Assembly (NCBI GenBank): GCA_965205155.1
Contig: OZ242033.1
Coordinates: forward strand, 2,299,572 to 2,363,571
Origin: Candidatus Aldehydirespirator sp.
GTDB taxonomy: Bacteria; Actinomycetota; Acidimicrobiia; Acidimicrobiales; Aldehydirespiratoraceae
Direction of reading: 5' to 3'
Length of the DNA stretch: 64,000 nucleotides
A program made the position numbers and the translations under genes. Each line of letters starts with the position of its first letter. Position 1 is the first letter of the stretch. Of this stretch, positions 17,369 to 29,081 are shown piece after piece. The notes under the pieces are model-generated. The model saw nothing but the letters and a program-made list of their open reading frames with translations. It did not search any database and was not told the origin of the DNA.

Positions 17369-17971
17369 GTGGCCATAGGCTCGCGCTCCGGATCTTCGGC
17401 CGACTTGCTGGTGGTGGGTCTGGGCAACCCCGGTGACCAGTACGCCCTCACCCGCCACAACGCGGGACGCTGGGTGGTGGACGAGTTCGTGCGGCGCCAT
17501 GGGGGACGGCTGCGCCGCGCTCGGCGCCAGCAGGCCCTGGTGTGCGAGTTGCGCCTGGCCGGGCGGCGAGTCGCCGCGGCTGCCCCCGTCACGTGGATGA
17601 ACGAGTCCGGTCGGGCGGTCGGACCGCTCGTGCGTCGCTACAGGATCGGGGACTTGAGCACCCTCGTCGTCGTGCACGATGAGCTGGACCTGCCCGTTGG
17701 GCGCCTCAAGGTCAAGACCGGTGGCGGGATCGCAGGGCACAAGGGCCTGCAGTCGATCCGCGCACACCTGCGCAGTGACGCCTTCACCCGGGTGCGAATC
17801 GGCGTCGGCCGACCCGACTTCACCCCCAAGGGAGGCGACTACGTGCTCAAGCGGCCGGGTCGGGCGGAGAGAGCTGAGTTGGAGGCCACTGTCGAGCGGG
17901 CCGCCGAGGCCGTCGAGCATTTCCTCGACCACGGCCTCGAGTCCACCATGAACCGCTTCAACGCGCCCTGA
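17369..17971 (+). CDS. pth: Peptidyl-tRNA hydrolase
   Basis: LVVGLGNPGDQYALTRHNAG, VVHDELDLPVGRLKVKTGGGIAGHKGLQS. Confidence 0.93.
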   Translation: MAIGSRSGSSADLLVVGLGNPGDQYALTRHNAGRWVVDEFVRRHGGRLRRARRQQALVCELRLAGRRVAAAAPVTWMNESGRAVGPLVRRYRIGDLSTLVVVHDELDLPVGRLKVKTGGGIAGHKGLQSIRAHLRSDAFTRVRIGVGRPDFTPKGGDYVLKRPGRAERAELEATVERAAEAVEHFLDHGLESTMNRFNAP

Positions 17972-20900
17972 TGGGCGTGGCAGCCGGGACTTCCGCGAGC
18001 CAGGCCGGCCTGCGCCGGCTGCTGCCGCGGTTGGCCGAGCATCCCGCGCTCCTGTCGCTGCTGGGGCGGCGCACGGCCACGCTGGCTGTGCCCACCGCGG
18101 CCCGGGCCATGGCGGTGGCCGGGCTCAGCGCGGCGTCCGGCCGGCGGCCGCTGCTGGTGGCGGTGCCGACCCGCCTGGAGGCCGAGACTCTGTCGGCGGA
18201 CCTCACCGCCTTCCTGGGGCCGGGCGAGGTCGAGGAGTTGCCCGCCTGGGAGACACTGCCATTCGAGAGGGTCAGTCCCTCGGTCGAGACGATGGGTCGC
18301 CGCTGCCGTGTGCTGCACCGTATGGCGGATGACGGGCAGCAACGGCCTGCCGTGGTGGTCGTTTCCGCCCGGGCGCTGGCCCAGTTCGTGGACCCGGCCA
18401 CGGCGACCGCGCCGGTCACGGTGCGCCACCGGGACATTCTCGACCAGTTCGAACTGGTGCAGCGCCTGTCGGAGTTCGGATACCGGCGCGAGCACCAGGT
18501 GGAGCACCGGGGGGAGATGGCCGTGCGGGGCTCGATCGTCGATGTCTACGGATCGACGGCGGCCGCGCCGGTTCGCATCGACTTCTGGGGAGACGATGTC
18601 GACAGGATCGCTGAGTTCTCGGTGGGGGATCAACGCTCGGTGGCGTCGCTGGAGCAGGTCGAGGTCTATCCCGCCCGGGAGTTGCGACCCGATGCGGCTA
18701 TGCGCAGGCGGGCCGCGTCACTGGTGGCGGGCCAGCCCTGGGGCCGCGAACAGTGGGACCGCCTGGCCGACGGAGAGCTCTTCGAGGGCATGGAGTCGTG
18801 GTGGCCCTGGCTGGTCGAGCGGCTCGCGGTGGTACCCGATCTGGTGCCTGACGACGGGGCGGTCGTCCTGGTCGAGCCCCGCCGGCTGGGTGACAGGGCC
18901 GGCGAGATCCTGGCCGAGGAGGAGGATCTGGCGGCTGGACTGGCCAAGACCTGGGGTACCGATGCGGCCGGGATGCCGCGATTGCACGGCGGCTTCGAGG
19001 ACCTGCTCGACGGCGTCACCGCGCCCGTCTGGATGATGCCTGCCGCGCCCGACTCCGGTGGCACGCAGGCTCTCGCCGCATCCGGTTGGGACCGCACCCA
19101 TGGAAGCATCGAACCGCTGGCGGCGCGCCTGCGCGATCTGGCGGCCGACGGTTACCAGGTCATGCTGGGCGCGCCGGGCTCGACCGCGGATCGGCTGAGC
19201 GCCCTGCTGGCCGAACACGGTGCCCGCGTCGAGCCGTTGGACGCCAGCCTCGACCGGGGCGCGGTGCTGGGCGACATCAAGCTGGCGGTACTGGCGGAGA
19301 CCGACGTGACCGGCCGGCGGCGCACCCACCGACCCCCCAGGGCCCGATCGCGGGACCAGCGCCGCTTCCTCGCCGACCTCGCGCCGGGCGCGTTCGTGGT
19401 TCACCAGCATCACGGGGTCGCCAGATTCGAGGGGATGGTGCGCCGGGCCATCGGCGGCCATGAGCGCGAGTACCTGCTGCTCGCGTACCGGGGCGGTGAC
19501 CGGCTCTATGTGCCCTCCGACCAGATCGACTCGATCCGCCACTACACCGGCGGGGAGGCACCGGCGCTGTCGCGCATGGGCGGCTCCGACTGGTCGGCGA
19601 CCAAGAGCCGGGTGCGCAGGGCTGTGGCCGTGGTGGCCCAGGAGCTGGTGGTGCTCTACCAGAGGCGGATGACCACCGCCGGCCGCGCCTTCGGTCCCGA
19701 CACCCCGTGGCAGCGAGAGCTGGAGGACTCCTTCGAATACCAGGAGACGCGCGACCAGCTGCAGGCCATCGCCGATGTCAAGAGCGACATGGAGCGGTCC
19801 GTGCCCATGGACCGCCTGATCGTGGGGGACGTGGGCTTCGGCAAGACCGAGATCGCGGTGCGGGCGGCGTTCAAGGCGGTGCAGGACGGGTGCCAGGTCG
19901 CGGTACTGGTGCCCACCACGTTGCTGGCCCAGCAGCACACCCAGACATTCCGGGACCGCTGTGCACCGTTCCCGGTGAGAGTGGAGACGCTGAGCCGGTT
20001 CCTGACCCCTCCACAGGCTCGAGAGGTGCTGAGGGGACTCGCAGCCGGTGAGGTGGATGTCGTGGTGGGCACCCACCGCATGCTGTCAGCCGATGTGAGC
20101 TTCAAGCGCCTGGGGCTGCTGGTCATCGATGAGGAGCAGCGATTCGGAGTCCGCCACAAGGAGGCCATCAAGTCGATTCGGGCCGACGTGGACGTGCTCA
20201 CGCTCACCGCTACGCCGGTGCCCCGGACGCTGGAGATGAGCCTGACCGGCATACGCGACATGTCGCTCCTGGACACCCCTCCCGCCGATCGCCAGCCCAT
20301 CCTCACCTACGTCGGGGAGCATGCCGACCGGCCCGTGGCCGAGGCCATCAGACGCGAGCTGCTGCGGGAGGGGCAGATCTTCTACGTCCACAATCGGGTG
20401 GCCGACATCGAGCATGCCGCGGCGCGGGTGCGCCGCATGGTCCCCGAGGCCCGGGTGGCGGTCGCCCACGGCCAGATGGACGAGGGCACGCTGGAGCGAG
20501 TCGTGCTCGACTTCGCCGACTACCGATACGACGTGCTGGTATGCACGACCATCATCGAGTCGGGCATCGACATGCCCACTGTCAACACCCTGGTAGTGGA
20601 CCGGGCCGACCGGCTGGGCCTGGGCCAGCTGCACCAGATCCGGGGCCGGGTGGGCCGGGCGGGCCGAAGGGCTTACGCCTACCTGTTCCACCCGGTGGAC
20701 CGCGTGCTCAGCGAGGACGCCTACGAGCGGCTCAAGACCATCGGTGAGGCGACCCAGCTCGGGTCGGGCTACCGGATCGCCATGCGCGACCTGGAGATCC
20801 GCGGCGCCGGCAACCTGCTGGGCGAGGCCCAGTCGGGGCACATCGCCGCGGTCGGGTACGACCTGTACTGCCGCCTGGTCAACGAAGCGGTCGCCGAGCT

Positions 20901-21471
20901 GCGGGGTGAGACGATCCCGGAGCCGCCCGAGGTGAGCATCGAGGTGCCCGTCGACGCTCACATCCCGGCCACCTACATCAGCCGGGAAGCGGCCCGCCTC
21001 GAGGCGTACCGCCGGCTGGCCGCAGTGACCGGGCACGCCGAGCTGGACGACATCCGGGCCGAGTGGACCGACCGGTTCGGCCCTGTTCCGGAGCCGGCCG
21101 AGTCACTGCTGTCCATCGGCAGGCTGCGAGTGGAGTGCCTTCTGGCCGGTGTCTCGGAAGTGGTGGTCACCCGCCGCGGCGGGAGTGCTCTGTCGGCGGA
21201 GCGCTTCGCGACGCGTCTGGCTCCGGTGGACCTGCCGGCCAGCCGCCGGGTGCGGCTTCGCCGGCTCCACGGGGACCGGGCCATCCTGAAGGAGGACTCC
21301 CGGGAACTGCACGTTCCCCTCCGAGCCGACGCAGGCCCGGTGATCGACCAGGTCGTCTCGCTGCTGACCGATGTGGTGGCAGCCGAGAGGCCGAGCTTGC
21401 GAGGCCCCGGGCCCGAGCGGCCCGTGAGCGGAGCGAGCAAGAGCGGGCAGCACGGCCCGAGCGGCCCGTGA
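17971..21471 (+). CDS. mfd: Transcription-repair coupling factor
   Basis: 1166 aa. [10 protein letters not shown] helicase motif [16 protein letters not shown], and the TRG motif region [14 protein letters not shown]. The last ~25 codons run through the tandem repeat copies D1/D2. Confidence 0.97.
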   Translation: MGVAAGTSASQAGLRRLLPRLAEHPALLSLLGRRTATLAVPTAARAMAVAGLSAASGRRPLLVAVPTRLEAETLSADLTAFLGPGEVEELPAWETLPFERVSPSVETMGRRCRVLHRMADDGQQRPAVVVVSARALAQFVDPATATAPVTVRHRDILDQFELVQRLSEFGYRREHQVEHRGEMAVRGSIVDVYGSTAAAPVRIDFWGDDVDRIAEFSVGDQRSVASLEQVEVYPARELRPDAAMRRRAASLVAGQPWGREQWDRLADGELFEGMESWWPWLVERLAVVPDLVPDDGAVVLVEPRRLGDRAGEILAEEEDLAAGLAKTWGTDAAGMPRLHGGFEDLLDGVTAPVWMMPAAPDSGGTQALAASGWDRTHGSIEPLAARLRDLAADGYQVMLGAPGSTADRLSALLAEHGARVEPLDASLDRGAVLGDIKLAVLAETDVTGRRRTHRPPRARSRDQRRFLADLAPGAFVVHQHHGVARFEGMVRRAIGGHEREYLLLAYRGGDRLYVPSDQIDSIRHYTGGEAPALSRMGGSDWSATKSRVRRAVAVVAQELVVLYQRRMTTAGRAFGPDTPWQRELEDSFEYQETRDQLQAIADVKSDMERSVPMDRLIVGDVGFGKTEIAVRAAFKAVQDGCQVAVLVPTTLLAQQHTQTFRDRCAPFPVRVETLSRFLTPPQAREVLRGLAAGEVDVVVGTHRMLSADVSFKRLGLLVIDEEQRFGVRHKEAIKSIRADVDVLTLTATPVPRTLEMSLTGIRDMSLLDTPPADRQPILTYVGEHADRPVAEAIRRELLREGQIFYVHNRVADIEHAAARVRRMVPEARVAVAHGQMDEGTLERVVLDFADYRYDVLVCTTIIESGIDMPTVNTLVVDRADRLGLGQLHQIRGRVGRAGRRAYAYLFHPVDRVLSEDAYERLKTIGEATQLGSGYRIAMRDLEIRGAGNLLGEAQSGHIAAVGYDLYCRLVNEAVAELRGETIPEPPEVSIEVPVDAHIPATYISREAARLEAYRRLAAVTGHAELDDIRAEWTDRFGPVPEPAESLLSIGRLRVECLLAGVSEVVVTRRGGSALSAERFATRLAPVDLPASRRVRLRRLHGDRAILKEDSRELHVPLRADAGPVIDQVVSLLTDVVAAERPSLRGPGPERPVSGASKSGQHGPSGP

Positions 21472-21497
21472 GCGGAGCGAACAGGAGCGGAAGTGAC
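21399..21497 (+). repeat. Dispersed core repeat, tandem pair D1 (21399-21449) + D2 (21451-21497)
   Basis: GCGAGGCCCCGGGCCCGAGCGGCCCGTGAGCGGAGCGAGCAAGAGCGGGCA followed by CACGGCCCGAGCGGCCCGTGAGCGGAGCGAACAGGAGCGGAAGTGAC. The mfd stop is the TGA of D2 (21469-21471). Confidence 0.9.
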
Positions 21498-21527
21498 GTG
21501 CCGGAGCAGCGATAGGGTTCAGACCTC

Positions 21528-22472
21528 GTGAGCCTCGTTCGCCCCATCGCAGCGGTCGGCGCCGCCGCGGCGACGGTCTTGATCCTGGCGACCGGCTGCG
21601 GCGCTTCCGCGGATGTGGCCGCGGAGGTCGGCGGGGTGGAGTACACGGTCGACGACCTGGACGACTACCTGGCCACCACGGATCCCGACAACGCCGCGAG
21701 GGCACCCCGCGAGGCGGCCGCCCTGTGGCTCAGCGACTGGGTGTTCTTCACGGCCGTGGAGCTGGAGCTGGCCGAGCGGGGGATGACCGTGTCCAACGAC
21801 CATGAGGCGCAGGCGGTCGCCGAGATGACCCAGGCGGACCCCTCCTTCGTGCCCGGTGCCGGCGGTGGCGACTTCGCCGTCCACCAGCGGGCCATCGTCC
21901 TTGCCGCGCTGGAGTGGGCCGAGCGCGAGGCGCCCGGCGCGCCGGTCGCCGGCCCGCTGCGCCATCTCTGCTCCAGGCACATCCTCGTTGAGTCGCAGGC
22001 GGAGGCGGAGGCGGTTCTGGCCCTCCTCGACGCGGGGCAGGAGTTCGGATTCCTGGCCATCGAGCTCTCGCTGGATCCGGGCAGTGGATCGTTGGGCGGG
22101 GATCTCGGTTGTGTGGTCGAGGGCTCCTTCGTGGCGCCCTTCGAGACGGCCGCCTACGCCGCCGGGCCCGGCGAGACCGTGGTGGCCGAGTCGCAGTTCG
22201 GCTTCCACGTGATCCAGGTGATCAGCTCGGGTCCGGCGACCCCCGAGAACCATCCCCAGCTCGACGCCGAACGGCTGGCTCTCATGGCCGAGGACGCCGA
22301 GCTGGCGGCAGCCGAGCGAGCCCAGAGCGCGGCCCAGGACGAGCGCCAGCAGTTGCTGGTCAACCTGCAGGAGACCGTCGTGCTGAGCTACGCACCTGAG
22401 GTGCGGATCGACGAGCGCTACGGGTACTGGGATCCCGAGCAGTTCCGGGTGGTCCTGGAGTCGCCCGGCTGA
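21528..22472 (+). CDS. Parvulin-type peptidylprolyl isomerase lipoprotein (PrsA/SurA-like)
   Basis: Lipobox VLILATGCG. PpiC domain SRHILVESQAEAEAVLALLDAGQEFGFLAIELSLDPGSGSLGGDLG...QFGFHVIQV. Confidence 0.8.
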   Translation: MSLVRPIAAVGAAAATVLILATGCGASADVAAEVGGVEYTVDDLDDYLATTDPDNAARAPREAAALWLSDWVFFTAVELELAERGMTVSNDHEAQAVAEMTQADPSFVPGAGGGDFAVHQRAIVLAALEWAEREAPGAPVAGPLRHLCSRHILVESQAEAEAVLALLDAGQEFGFLAIELSLDPGSGSLGGDLGCVVEGSFVAPFETAAYAAGPGETVVAESQFGFHVIQVISSGPATPENHPQLDAERLALMAEDAELAAAERAQSAAQDERQQLLVNLQETVVLSYAPEVRIDERYGYWDPEQFRVVLESPG

Positions 22473-22478
22473 CGGGGG

Positions 22479-23276
22479 TTGGGCTGCGTGGACGAAGACA
22501 CTGCCGACGGCGACCTGTGCCCTGGTGGCAACGCGGCTGCCGACATCGACCTGATCAGCGCGATGCTCCGTCTCGACGAGTTGGTGCGGACCCTGCGCCG
22601 GCAGTGCCCGTGGGACCGTGAGCAGACCCACACCAGCCTGCGGCGTTACCTGCTGGAGGAGACCTACGAGACGCTCGAGGCTCTCGATGCCAGGATTGCT
22701 GGTCCCGACCGCGACGGCGGCGGCGACCGCGAAGGCAGCCAAATCGAGGATCTGGATCGGCACCTGTGTGAGGAACTCGGCGACCTGCTGTACCAGGTCT
22801 GGTTCCAGGCCCATCTGGCCTCCGAGCGCGATGCGTTCGGCATGGCGGACGTAGCCCGAGAGGTTCGCACCAAGCTGGTGGCCCGCCACCCCCATGTCTT
22901 CGGGGACGTGGAGGCCCACGACGCCGATGCGGTGCGGGGCATGTGGGACGCCATCAAGCTCCGGGAGAAGGGGCGGGACTCGGTGATGGACGGCATACCG
23001 GCAACGCTGCCCGCGTTGCTGCGGGCGGTGAAGGTGCAGAAGCGGGCCGCCGCGGCCGGACTCCTGATCGATGACTGGGACGAGCGCGAGTTCGCTGAGA
23101 CCGAGCGGGCCTTGGCGGAGCTTCGCGCCGACCGGAGCGAGCAAGACTTCGGTGAGCTGCTGCTGGCTGTGGTGGAGTTGGGCCGGCGCCTCAAAGTCGA
23201 TCCCGAGGATGCCCTGCGGTCCGCCACCGAGCGCGCCCAGCGCCGGTATCGCGCACTGGAGCAGGACCCCGGCTAA
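22479..23276 (+). CDS. mazG: Nucleoside triphosphate pyrophosphohydrolase MazG
   Basis: LRRQCPWDREQTHTSLRRYLLEETYETLEALD, EELGDLLYQV, RHPHVFGD. Confidence 0.88.
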   Translation: MGCVDEDTADGDLCPGGNAAADIDLISAMLRLDELVRTLRRQCPWDREQTHTSLRRYLLEETYETLEALDARIAGPDRDGGGDREGSQIEDLDRHLCEELGDLLYQVWFQAHLASERDAFGMADVAREVRTKLVARHPHVFGDVEAHDADAVRGMWDAIKLREKGRDSVMDGIPATLPALLRAVKVQKRAAAAGLLIDDWDEREFAETERALAELRADRSEQDFGELLLAVVELGRRLKVDPEDALRSATERAQRRYRALEQDPG

Positions 23277-23335
23277 GATCGATGTCCGCACCGACGGACG
23301 CCGAGGGACTCAAGCGGAGCGGCGCCCGACTGTGA

Positions 23336-24996
<1,661 letters not shown>

Positions 24997-25008
24997 CCTT
25001 CGGATTCT

Positions 25009-25413
25009 GTGCCCGCCCATCGGTTCAGTGTCAAGGTCCGGTTCTATGAGCTCGACCCCTACGGCCATCTCAACCACTCCGCCTACATCCAGTTCTTCGA
25101 GACCGGACGGATCGAGCTGCTGGAGCAGGTCGGGATGGACCTGGAGTCCTTGGCGGCCCGCGGATACCGGTTCGTGGTTAATCGCATCCACACGTCGTTC
25201 GATCGTCCGGTGCACGCCGGCGACACGGTGACGGTCGAAACGGAGGTCGTGGAGATGAGGCGGGCCTCGTCGACTTGGCGCCAGCGTCTGGTGCGCGACG
25301 GTGAGGTGGTGGCCCGCCAGGAGCTGAGGTCCGCCATCACCGACAACGACGGCAAGCCGGTGCGGGCCCCCGAGTACTTGGCCGAGGCGCTGGCCCCCTA
25401 CTTCGTGAGATAG
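25009..25413 (+). CDS. Acyl-CoA thioesterase (4HBT/YbgC-like hotdog fold)
   Basis: VRFYELDPYGHLNHSAYIQFFETGRIELL is the typical 4HBT N-terminal catalytic region. 134 aa. Confidence 0.75.
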   Translation: MPAHRFSVKVRFYELDPYGHLNHSAYIQFFETGRIELLEQVGMDLESLAARGYRFVVNRIHTSFDRPVHAGDTVTVETEVVEMRRASSTWRQRLVRDGEVVARQELRSAITDNDGKPVRAPEYLAEALAPYFVR

Positions 25414-25451
25414 CGCGGGTAGGCACAAGCCTGTCGCGTTGCTAGGGGGTG

Positions 25452-25502
25452 TCTCCCGCTCTTGTTCGCTGCGCTCACGGGCCGCTCGGGCCACGGCCTC
25501 GC
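25452..25502 (-). repeat. Dispersed ~50-nt core repeat, copy E (inverted relative to flanking genes)
   Basis: The reverse complement reads GGCGAGGCCGTGGCCCGAGCGGCCCGTGAGCGCAGCGAACAAGAGCGGGAGA. The insert is flanked by 11-bp direct repeats GTGAGATAGCG at 25405 and 25545. Confidence 0.9.
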
Positions 25503-25567
25503 CCGTATGGGCCGGATTCGCGTACCTACTCGCTCGGCCTCTTGGTGAGATAGCGACGCACCGGAAT

Positions 25568-26509
25568 ATGCTCGGTCGGATGCCGGCTGTTGACCTGCGC
25601 TCCGTTTCGTGTGTCGAAGACGTATGGCAGGGACTTCGCGACAACGCCTACCTGCCCGACGAGGCCCTGGCCACTGCGGTGTACCTCGCCCTGCGCCTGC
25701 GCCGGCCGCTGCTGCTGGAGGGCGAGCCCGGCGTGGGCAAGACCGAGGTGGCCAAGGTGATCGCCGACTGGGGCGGCGGGCGGCTCATCCGGCTGCAGTG
25801 CTACGAGGGCATCGACGCCTCCCAGGCCGTCTACGAGTGGGACTACGCCCGCCAGCTGATGCACCTCCGGACGATGGAGGCCACCGGGAGGGCCCAGGGC
25901 GCCGACGAGGCCAGCCTCGCCGACGAGCTCTACAACGAGCGCTTCCTGGTGCGCCGGCCGCTGCTGGAGGCGATCGAGGCCGGCGACGGTCCTCCTCCCG
26001 TGCTGCTCGTCGACGAGGTCGACCGCTCCGACGACGAGTTCGAGGCCTTCCTGCTCGAGGTTCTGTCGGACTACTCGATAACCATCCCCGAGGTCGGCAC
26101 GTTCGTGGCCGTCGATCCGCCGGTGGTGGTCATCACCTCCAACCGCACCCGCGACGTGCACGACGCCCTGAAGCGGCGCTGCCTGTACCACTGGGTGTCT
26201 CACCCCGGCGCGCAGCGCGAGGCGGAGATCATCCGGCTGCGGGCACCGGAGGTGGCCGACACTCTGGCCCAGGAGGTGGCTCATGCCGCGGCCGCCATCC
26301 GCGACGTCGGCCTCTACAAGCCGCCCGGAGTGGCTGAGACCATCGACTGGGCCCGCGCCCTGAGCCTCCTCGGCGGAGCCAAGCTCGATCTGGCCAACGC
26401 GTCCGCCACCCTGGGCGCCCTGCTGAAGTACCGCGAGGACCGCGACCGGGTCATCGAGCACGACCTGGCTGCCATCGTGAACGAGGCTGCAGCCGCCCAC
26501 AGCACATGA
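25568..26509 (+). CDS. MoxR-family AAA+ ATPase (CoxD-like)
   Basis: LLLEGEPGVGKTEVAKVIA Walker A, VLLVDEVDR Walker B, ITSNRTRDVHDALKRRC. Start is ATG 25568 or 25580. TTG 25439 would read in frame through the inverted repeat. Confidence 0.9.
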   Translation: MLGRMPAVDLRSVSCVEDVWQGLRDNAYLPDEALATAVYLALRLRRPLLLEGEPGVGKTEVAKVIADWGGGRLIRLQCYEGIDASQAVYEWDYARQLMHLRTMEATGRAQGADEASLADELYNERFLVRRPLLEAIEAGDGPPPVLLVDEVDRSDDEFEAFLLEVLSDYSITIPEVGTFVAVDPPVVVITSNRTRDVHDALKRRCLYHWVSHPGAQREAEIIRLRAPEVADTLAQEVAHAAAAIRDVGLYKPPGVAETIDWARALSLLGGAKLDLANASATLGALLKYREDRDRVIEHDLAAIVNEAAAAHST

Positions 26510-27738
26510 GTCAGCAGAGCGACTTGGTCCGGGAGCCGGGCCGCGGCGGCTCCGATCCGATCGACGTGGCCGTGGGATTCGCCGGCGCGCTGCGCCGGGC
26601 CGGTCTGGAGGTCTCGCTCACCTCCGCGCTGCTCTACTCGGAAGCACTGTCGGTTTGCGACGTCACCAGCCGCGAGTCGCTGTACTGGGCCGGCCGGTGC
26701 GCGCTGGTCCACCGCTTCGAGGACGTCGGGGTGTACGACGCCGTCTTCGGGGCCTACTGGCTGGGCAAGCCCCTGGGCACGGTCTCACCCACCACCGCGG
26801 TGAGCATCCCGGTGGTGCTGCAGGTCGACGACGCCGGCGACGCCGCCACCGACGAGGAGGAGCCCGGCCGCGACTCCGATGTGATCACCGTTCGCTACAG
26901 CGCCACCGAGACCCTCGCTACCAAGGACTTCGCCGACTACACCGACGATGAGCTCGAAGAGGCCCGCCGGCTGATGGAGCGGCTGAGGTTCCGCAGCCCG
27001 ACTCGGCCCAGCCGCCGTCTCGAGCCGGCCCGGTCGTGCCGGGGCCGCCTGGATGTGCGGCGCACGGTACGGGCCGCCATGCGCTCGGGGGGCGAGCCCA
27101 TGCGCATGCACCGCCGGGTCAGCGGCCGCAGGCCCCGGCGCCTGGTGCTGCTGCTGGACGTGTCGGGGTCGATGGAACGCTACGCCCGGGCTCTACTTCG
27201 CCTGGTCCACGCCGCAGTCGCGGGCCGCAGCCGGGTCGAGGCCTTCGCTCTAGGCACCCGGCTCACCCGGCTCACCCGGGAGTTGTCGTCGCGCGATCCG
27301 GACCGGGCCCTGCGGGCCGCGTCGGATGCAGTCCCCGATTGGAGCGGCGGCACCCGCCTCGGCTCGGGCCTGCGGTCATTCAACGACGAGTGGGGCTGCC
27401 GGGGGATGGCTCGCGGCGCGGTGGTGGTGATCCTCTCCGACGGCTGGGACCGGGGCGATCCGGCCGAGATGTCCGAACAGATGCAGCGCCTCCGCAGGGT
27501 CGCCAATCGGGTGGTGTGGGTGAATCCCCTCAAGGCCTCGCCGGGGTATGCCCCCCTGGCGCGGGGGATGGCCGCGGCCCTGCCGTTCGTGGACGACTTC
27601 GTGGAGGGGCACAACCTGGAGTCGTTGGAACGGTTGGCCGAACTCGTCCTCACCGAGACCGGTCACCGCTCGCGGGGGCCGCGGCCGCACACCGCGGATG
27701 AGGGTCCGGTTCCAGTAGCCGTGGGAGCGGGACAGTGA
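26506..27738 (+). CDS. VWA domain-containing CoxE-like protein
   Basis: LVLLLDVSGSMERYARALL (MIDAS DxSxS), GTRLG, VVILSDGWDRGDP, VVWVNPL. ATGA overlap with moxR. Confidence 0.85.
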   Translation: MSQQSDLVREPGRGGSDPIDVAVGFAGALRRAGLEVSLTSALLYSEALSVCDVTSRESLYWAGRCALVHRFEDVGVYDAVFGAYWLGKPLGTVSPTTAVSIPVVLQVDDAGDAATDEEEPGRDSDVITVRYSATETLATKDFADYTDDELEEARRLMERLRFRSPTRPSRRLEPARSCRGRLDVRRTVRAAMRSGGEPMRMHRRVSGRRPRRLVLLLDVSGSMERYARALLRLVHAAVAGRSRVEAFALGTRLTRLTRELSSRDPDRALRAASDAVPDWSGGTRLGSGLRSFNDEWGCRGMARGAVVVILSDGWDRGDPAEMSEQMQRLRRVANRVVWVNPLKASPGYAPLARGMAAALPFVDDFVEGHNLESLERLAELVLTETGHRSRGPRPHTADEGPVPVAVGAGQ

Positions 27739-27764
27739 AGGGGATCCGGCAGTGAAGGAGATCC
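27731..27764 (+). repeat. 17-nt tandem duplication of the coxE-stop/xdhC-start junction
   Basis: gacagtgaaggggatcc / ggcagtgaaggagatcc (15/17). Mini-ORF GTG 27735..TGA 27755 (VKGIRQ*) ends on the xdhC GTG at 27752. Confidence 0.85.
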
Positions 27765-28867
27765 TCGCCGACCTGGATCGCTGGCGGTCGGGCGGGGAGC
27801 GGGCCGCGGTGGCCCGGGTCGTCGACCTCGAAGGGTCGGGACCGCGCGCTCCCGGCGCGGCGATGGCCGTCACCGCTGAGGCCGAGGTCGTCGGCTCGGT
27901 GTCCGGCGGCTGCGTGGAGGGCGCGGTAGTCACCGAGTCCCTCGAGGTGATCGCTACCGGCGACCGGCGCATCGTCACGTTCGGCTACAGCGACGATGAG
28001 GCCTTCGCGGTCGGGCTCACCTGCGGGGGGACCATCCACTTGTTCGTGGAGCCCCTGGACTGGGGCCCGGTCCATGACGAGCTGGGCTCGGATCTCGCCG
28101 CCGAGTCCCCAGCCGCGCTGGCCACCGTGGTCGAGGGCCCCGGAACGGGCGCCAAGATGCTGGTGCGCCCGGAGGGTCTGGAGACCGTCGGCTCGCTGGG
28201 CAAGCCGGGCCTCGACCGGGCCGTGCAGCGCGACGCCCGCGGCGAGCTGGTCGCGGGCCGTTCGGGCCTGCGCCGCTACTCCACCCACGGCGAGTACTCC
28301 GAGCAGGGCGAGACCTGCGGCGAGGAGGTGGCCGTGTTCGTGGAGTCGTTCGCCCCGCCGCCCCGGATGCTGATCTTCGGCGCGGTGGACTTCACCTCCG
28401 CCCTGGCCCGGGTGGCCAAGGTGCTCGGCTACCGGGTCACGGTGTGCGACGCCCGGTCGGTGTTCGCCACCTCCAAGCGGTTCCCGATGGCCGACGAGGT
28501 GGTGGTCTCATGGCCCGACCGGCTGCTCGACGCAGTGGGGGAGCACCTCGGCCCGCGTGACGCGGTGTGCGTGCTCACCCACGACGCCAAGTTCGATGTG
28601 CCCGCCATCACCTCGGCTCTGGCCACCGATGTCGGCTACATCGGGGTGATGGGCAGCCGCCGCACCCACGACGACCGCACCGGCCGGCTGGTCGAGGCCG
28701 GGGTGACCGGCGAGCAGCTGGCTCGCCTCCGCTCGCCCATCGGCCTCGACATCGGCGCGGCCACCCCCGAGGAGACCGCGGTCTCCATCGTCTCGGAGAT
28801 CATCTCGCTGCGCACCGGCCGCCAGGCCCAAGCTCTCTCAGCCACCACCGGCCCCATCCACGACTGA
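27752..28867 (+). CDS. XdhC/CoxF-family molybdenum-hydroxylase maturation protein
   Basis: AAVARVVDLEGSGPRAPGAAMAV...GSVSGGCVEGAVV (XdhC_CoxI N domain) and a Rossmann-like C-terminal half, LIFGAVDFTSALARVAKVLGYRVTVCD. Confidence 0.85.
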   Translation: MKEILADLDRWRSGGERAAVARVVDLEGSGPRAPGAAMAVTAEAEVVGSVSGGCVEGAVVTESLEVIATGDRRIVTFGYSDDEAFAVGLTCGGTIHLFVEPLDWGPVHDELGSDLAAESPAALATVVEGPGTGAKMLVRPEGLETVGSLGKPGLDRAVQRDARGELVAGRSGLRRYSTHGEYSEQGETCGEEVAVFVESFAPPPRMLIFGAVDFTSALARVAKVLGYRVTVCDARSVFATSKRFPMADEVVVSWPDRLLDAVGEHLGPRDAVCVLTHDAKFDVPAITSALATDVGYIGVMGSRRTHDDRTGRLVEAGVTGEQLARLRSPIGLDIGAATPEETAVSIVSEIISLRTGRQAQALSATTGPIHD

Positions 28868-28894
28868 TCCCGGCCAAACTGCGGCCCGGCACAA

Positions 28895-28917
28895 GTTGTG
28901 TAGCACAAAATACATGT
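28895..28917. promoter_or_regulatory. Two short perfect palindromes (TTGTGTAGCACAA, TACATGTA) in an AT-rich patch; candidate operator
   Basis: Seen directly at 28895-28907 and 28910-28917, in the 214-nt gap between xdhC and the mocA-like gene. The local AT-richness contrasts with the surrounding sequence. Confidence 0.3.
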
Positions 28918-28926
28918 AATGATGCG

Positions 28927-28987
28927 AAGTGCCGGAATGCCGCCCCCCACGCCGTTTGGAGACCGGTGGGGCGGTGCTCCGGCACTT
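28927..28987 (+). other. Long imperfect hairpin (10-bp outer stem AAGTGCCGGA/TCCGGCACTT, inner CCGCCCC/GGGGCGG); possible I-shaped terminator or structured RNA
   Basis: The complementarity can be read directly from the sequence. There is no U tract after it. Confidence 0.4.
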
Positions 28988-29081
28988 GCGTGATATCTAG
29001 TGTAACTTCACTCGCTGCGCCGCGCAACCGGCGGGCGTTACGGTTGGTCCTAGTCGTGCCGGCGGCGGGCAGACTGGGGCG

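Noticed and set aside
9743-21497. Reading the dispersed repeat as a conserved C-terminal peptide tag (PERPVSEANKSG / GPSGP)
   Set aside because: The element occurs in three different reading frames, in both orientations and outside genes. Conservation is at the nucleotide level, so a DNA/RNA-level element that happens to stay open is more parsimonious.
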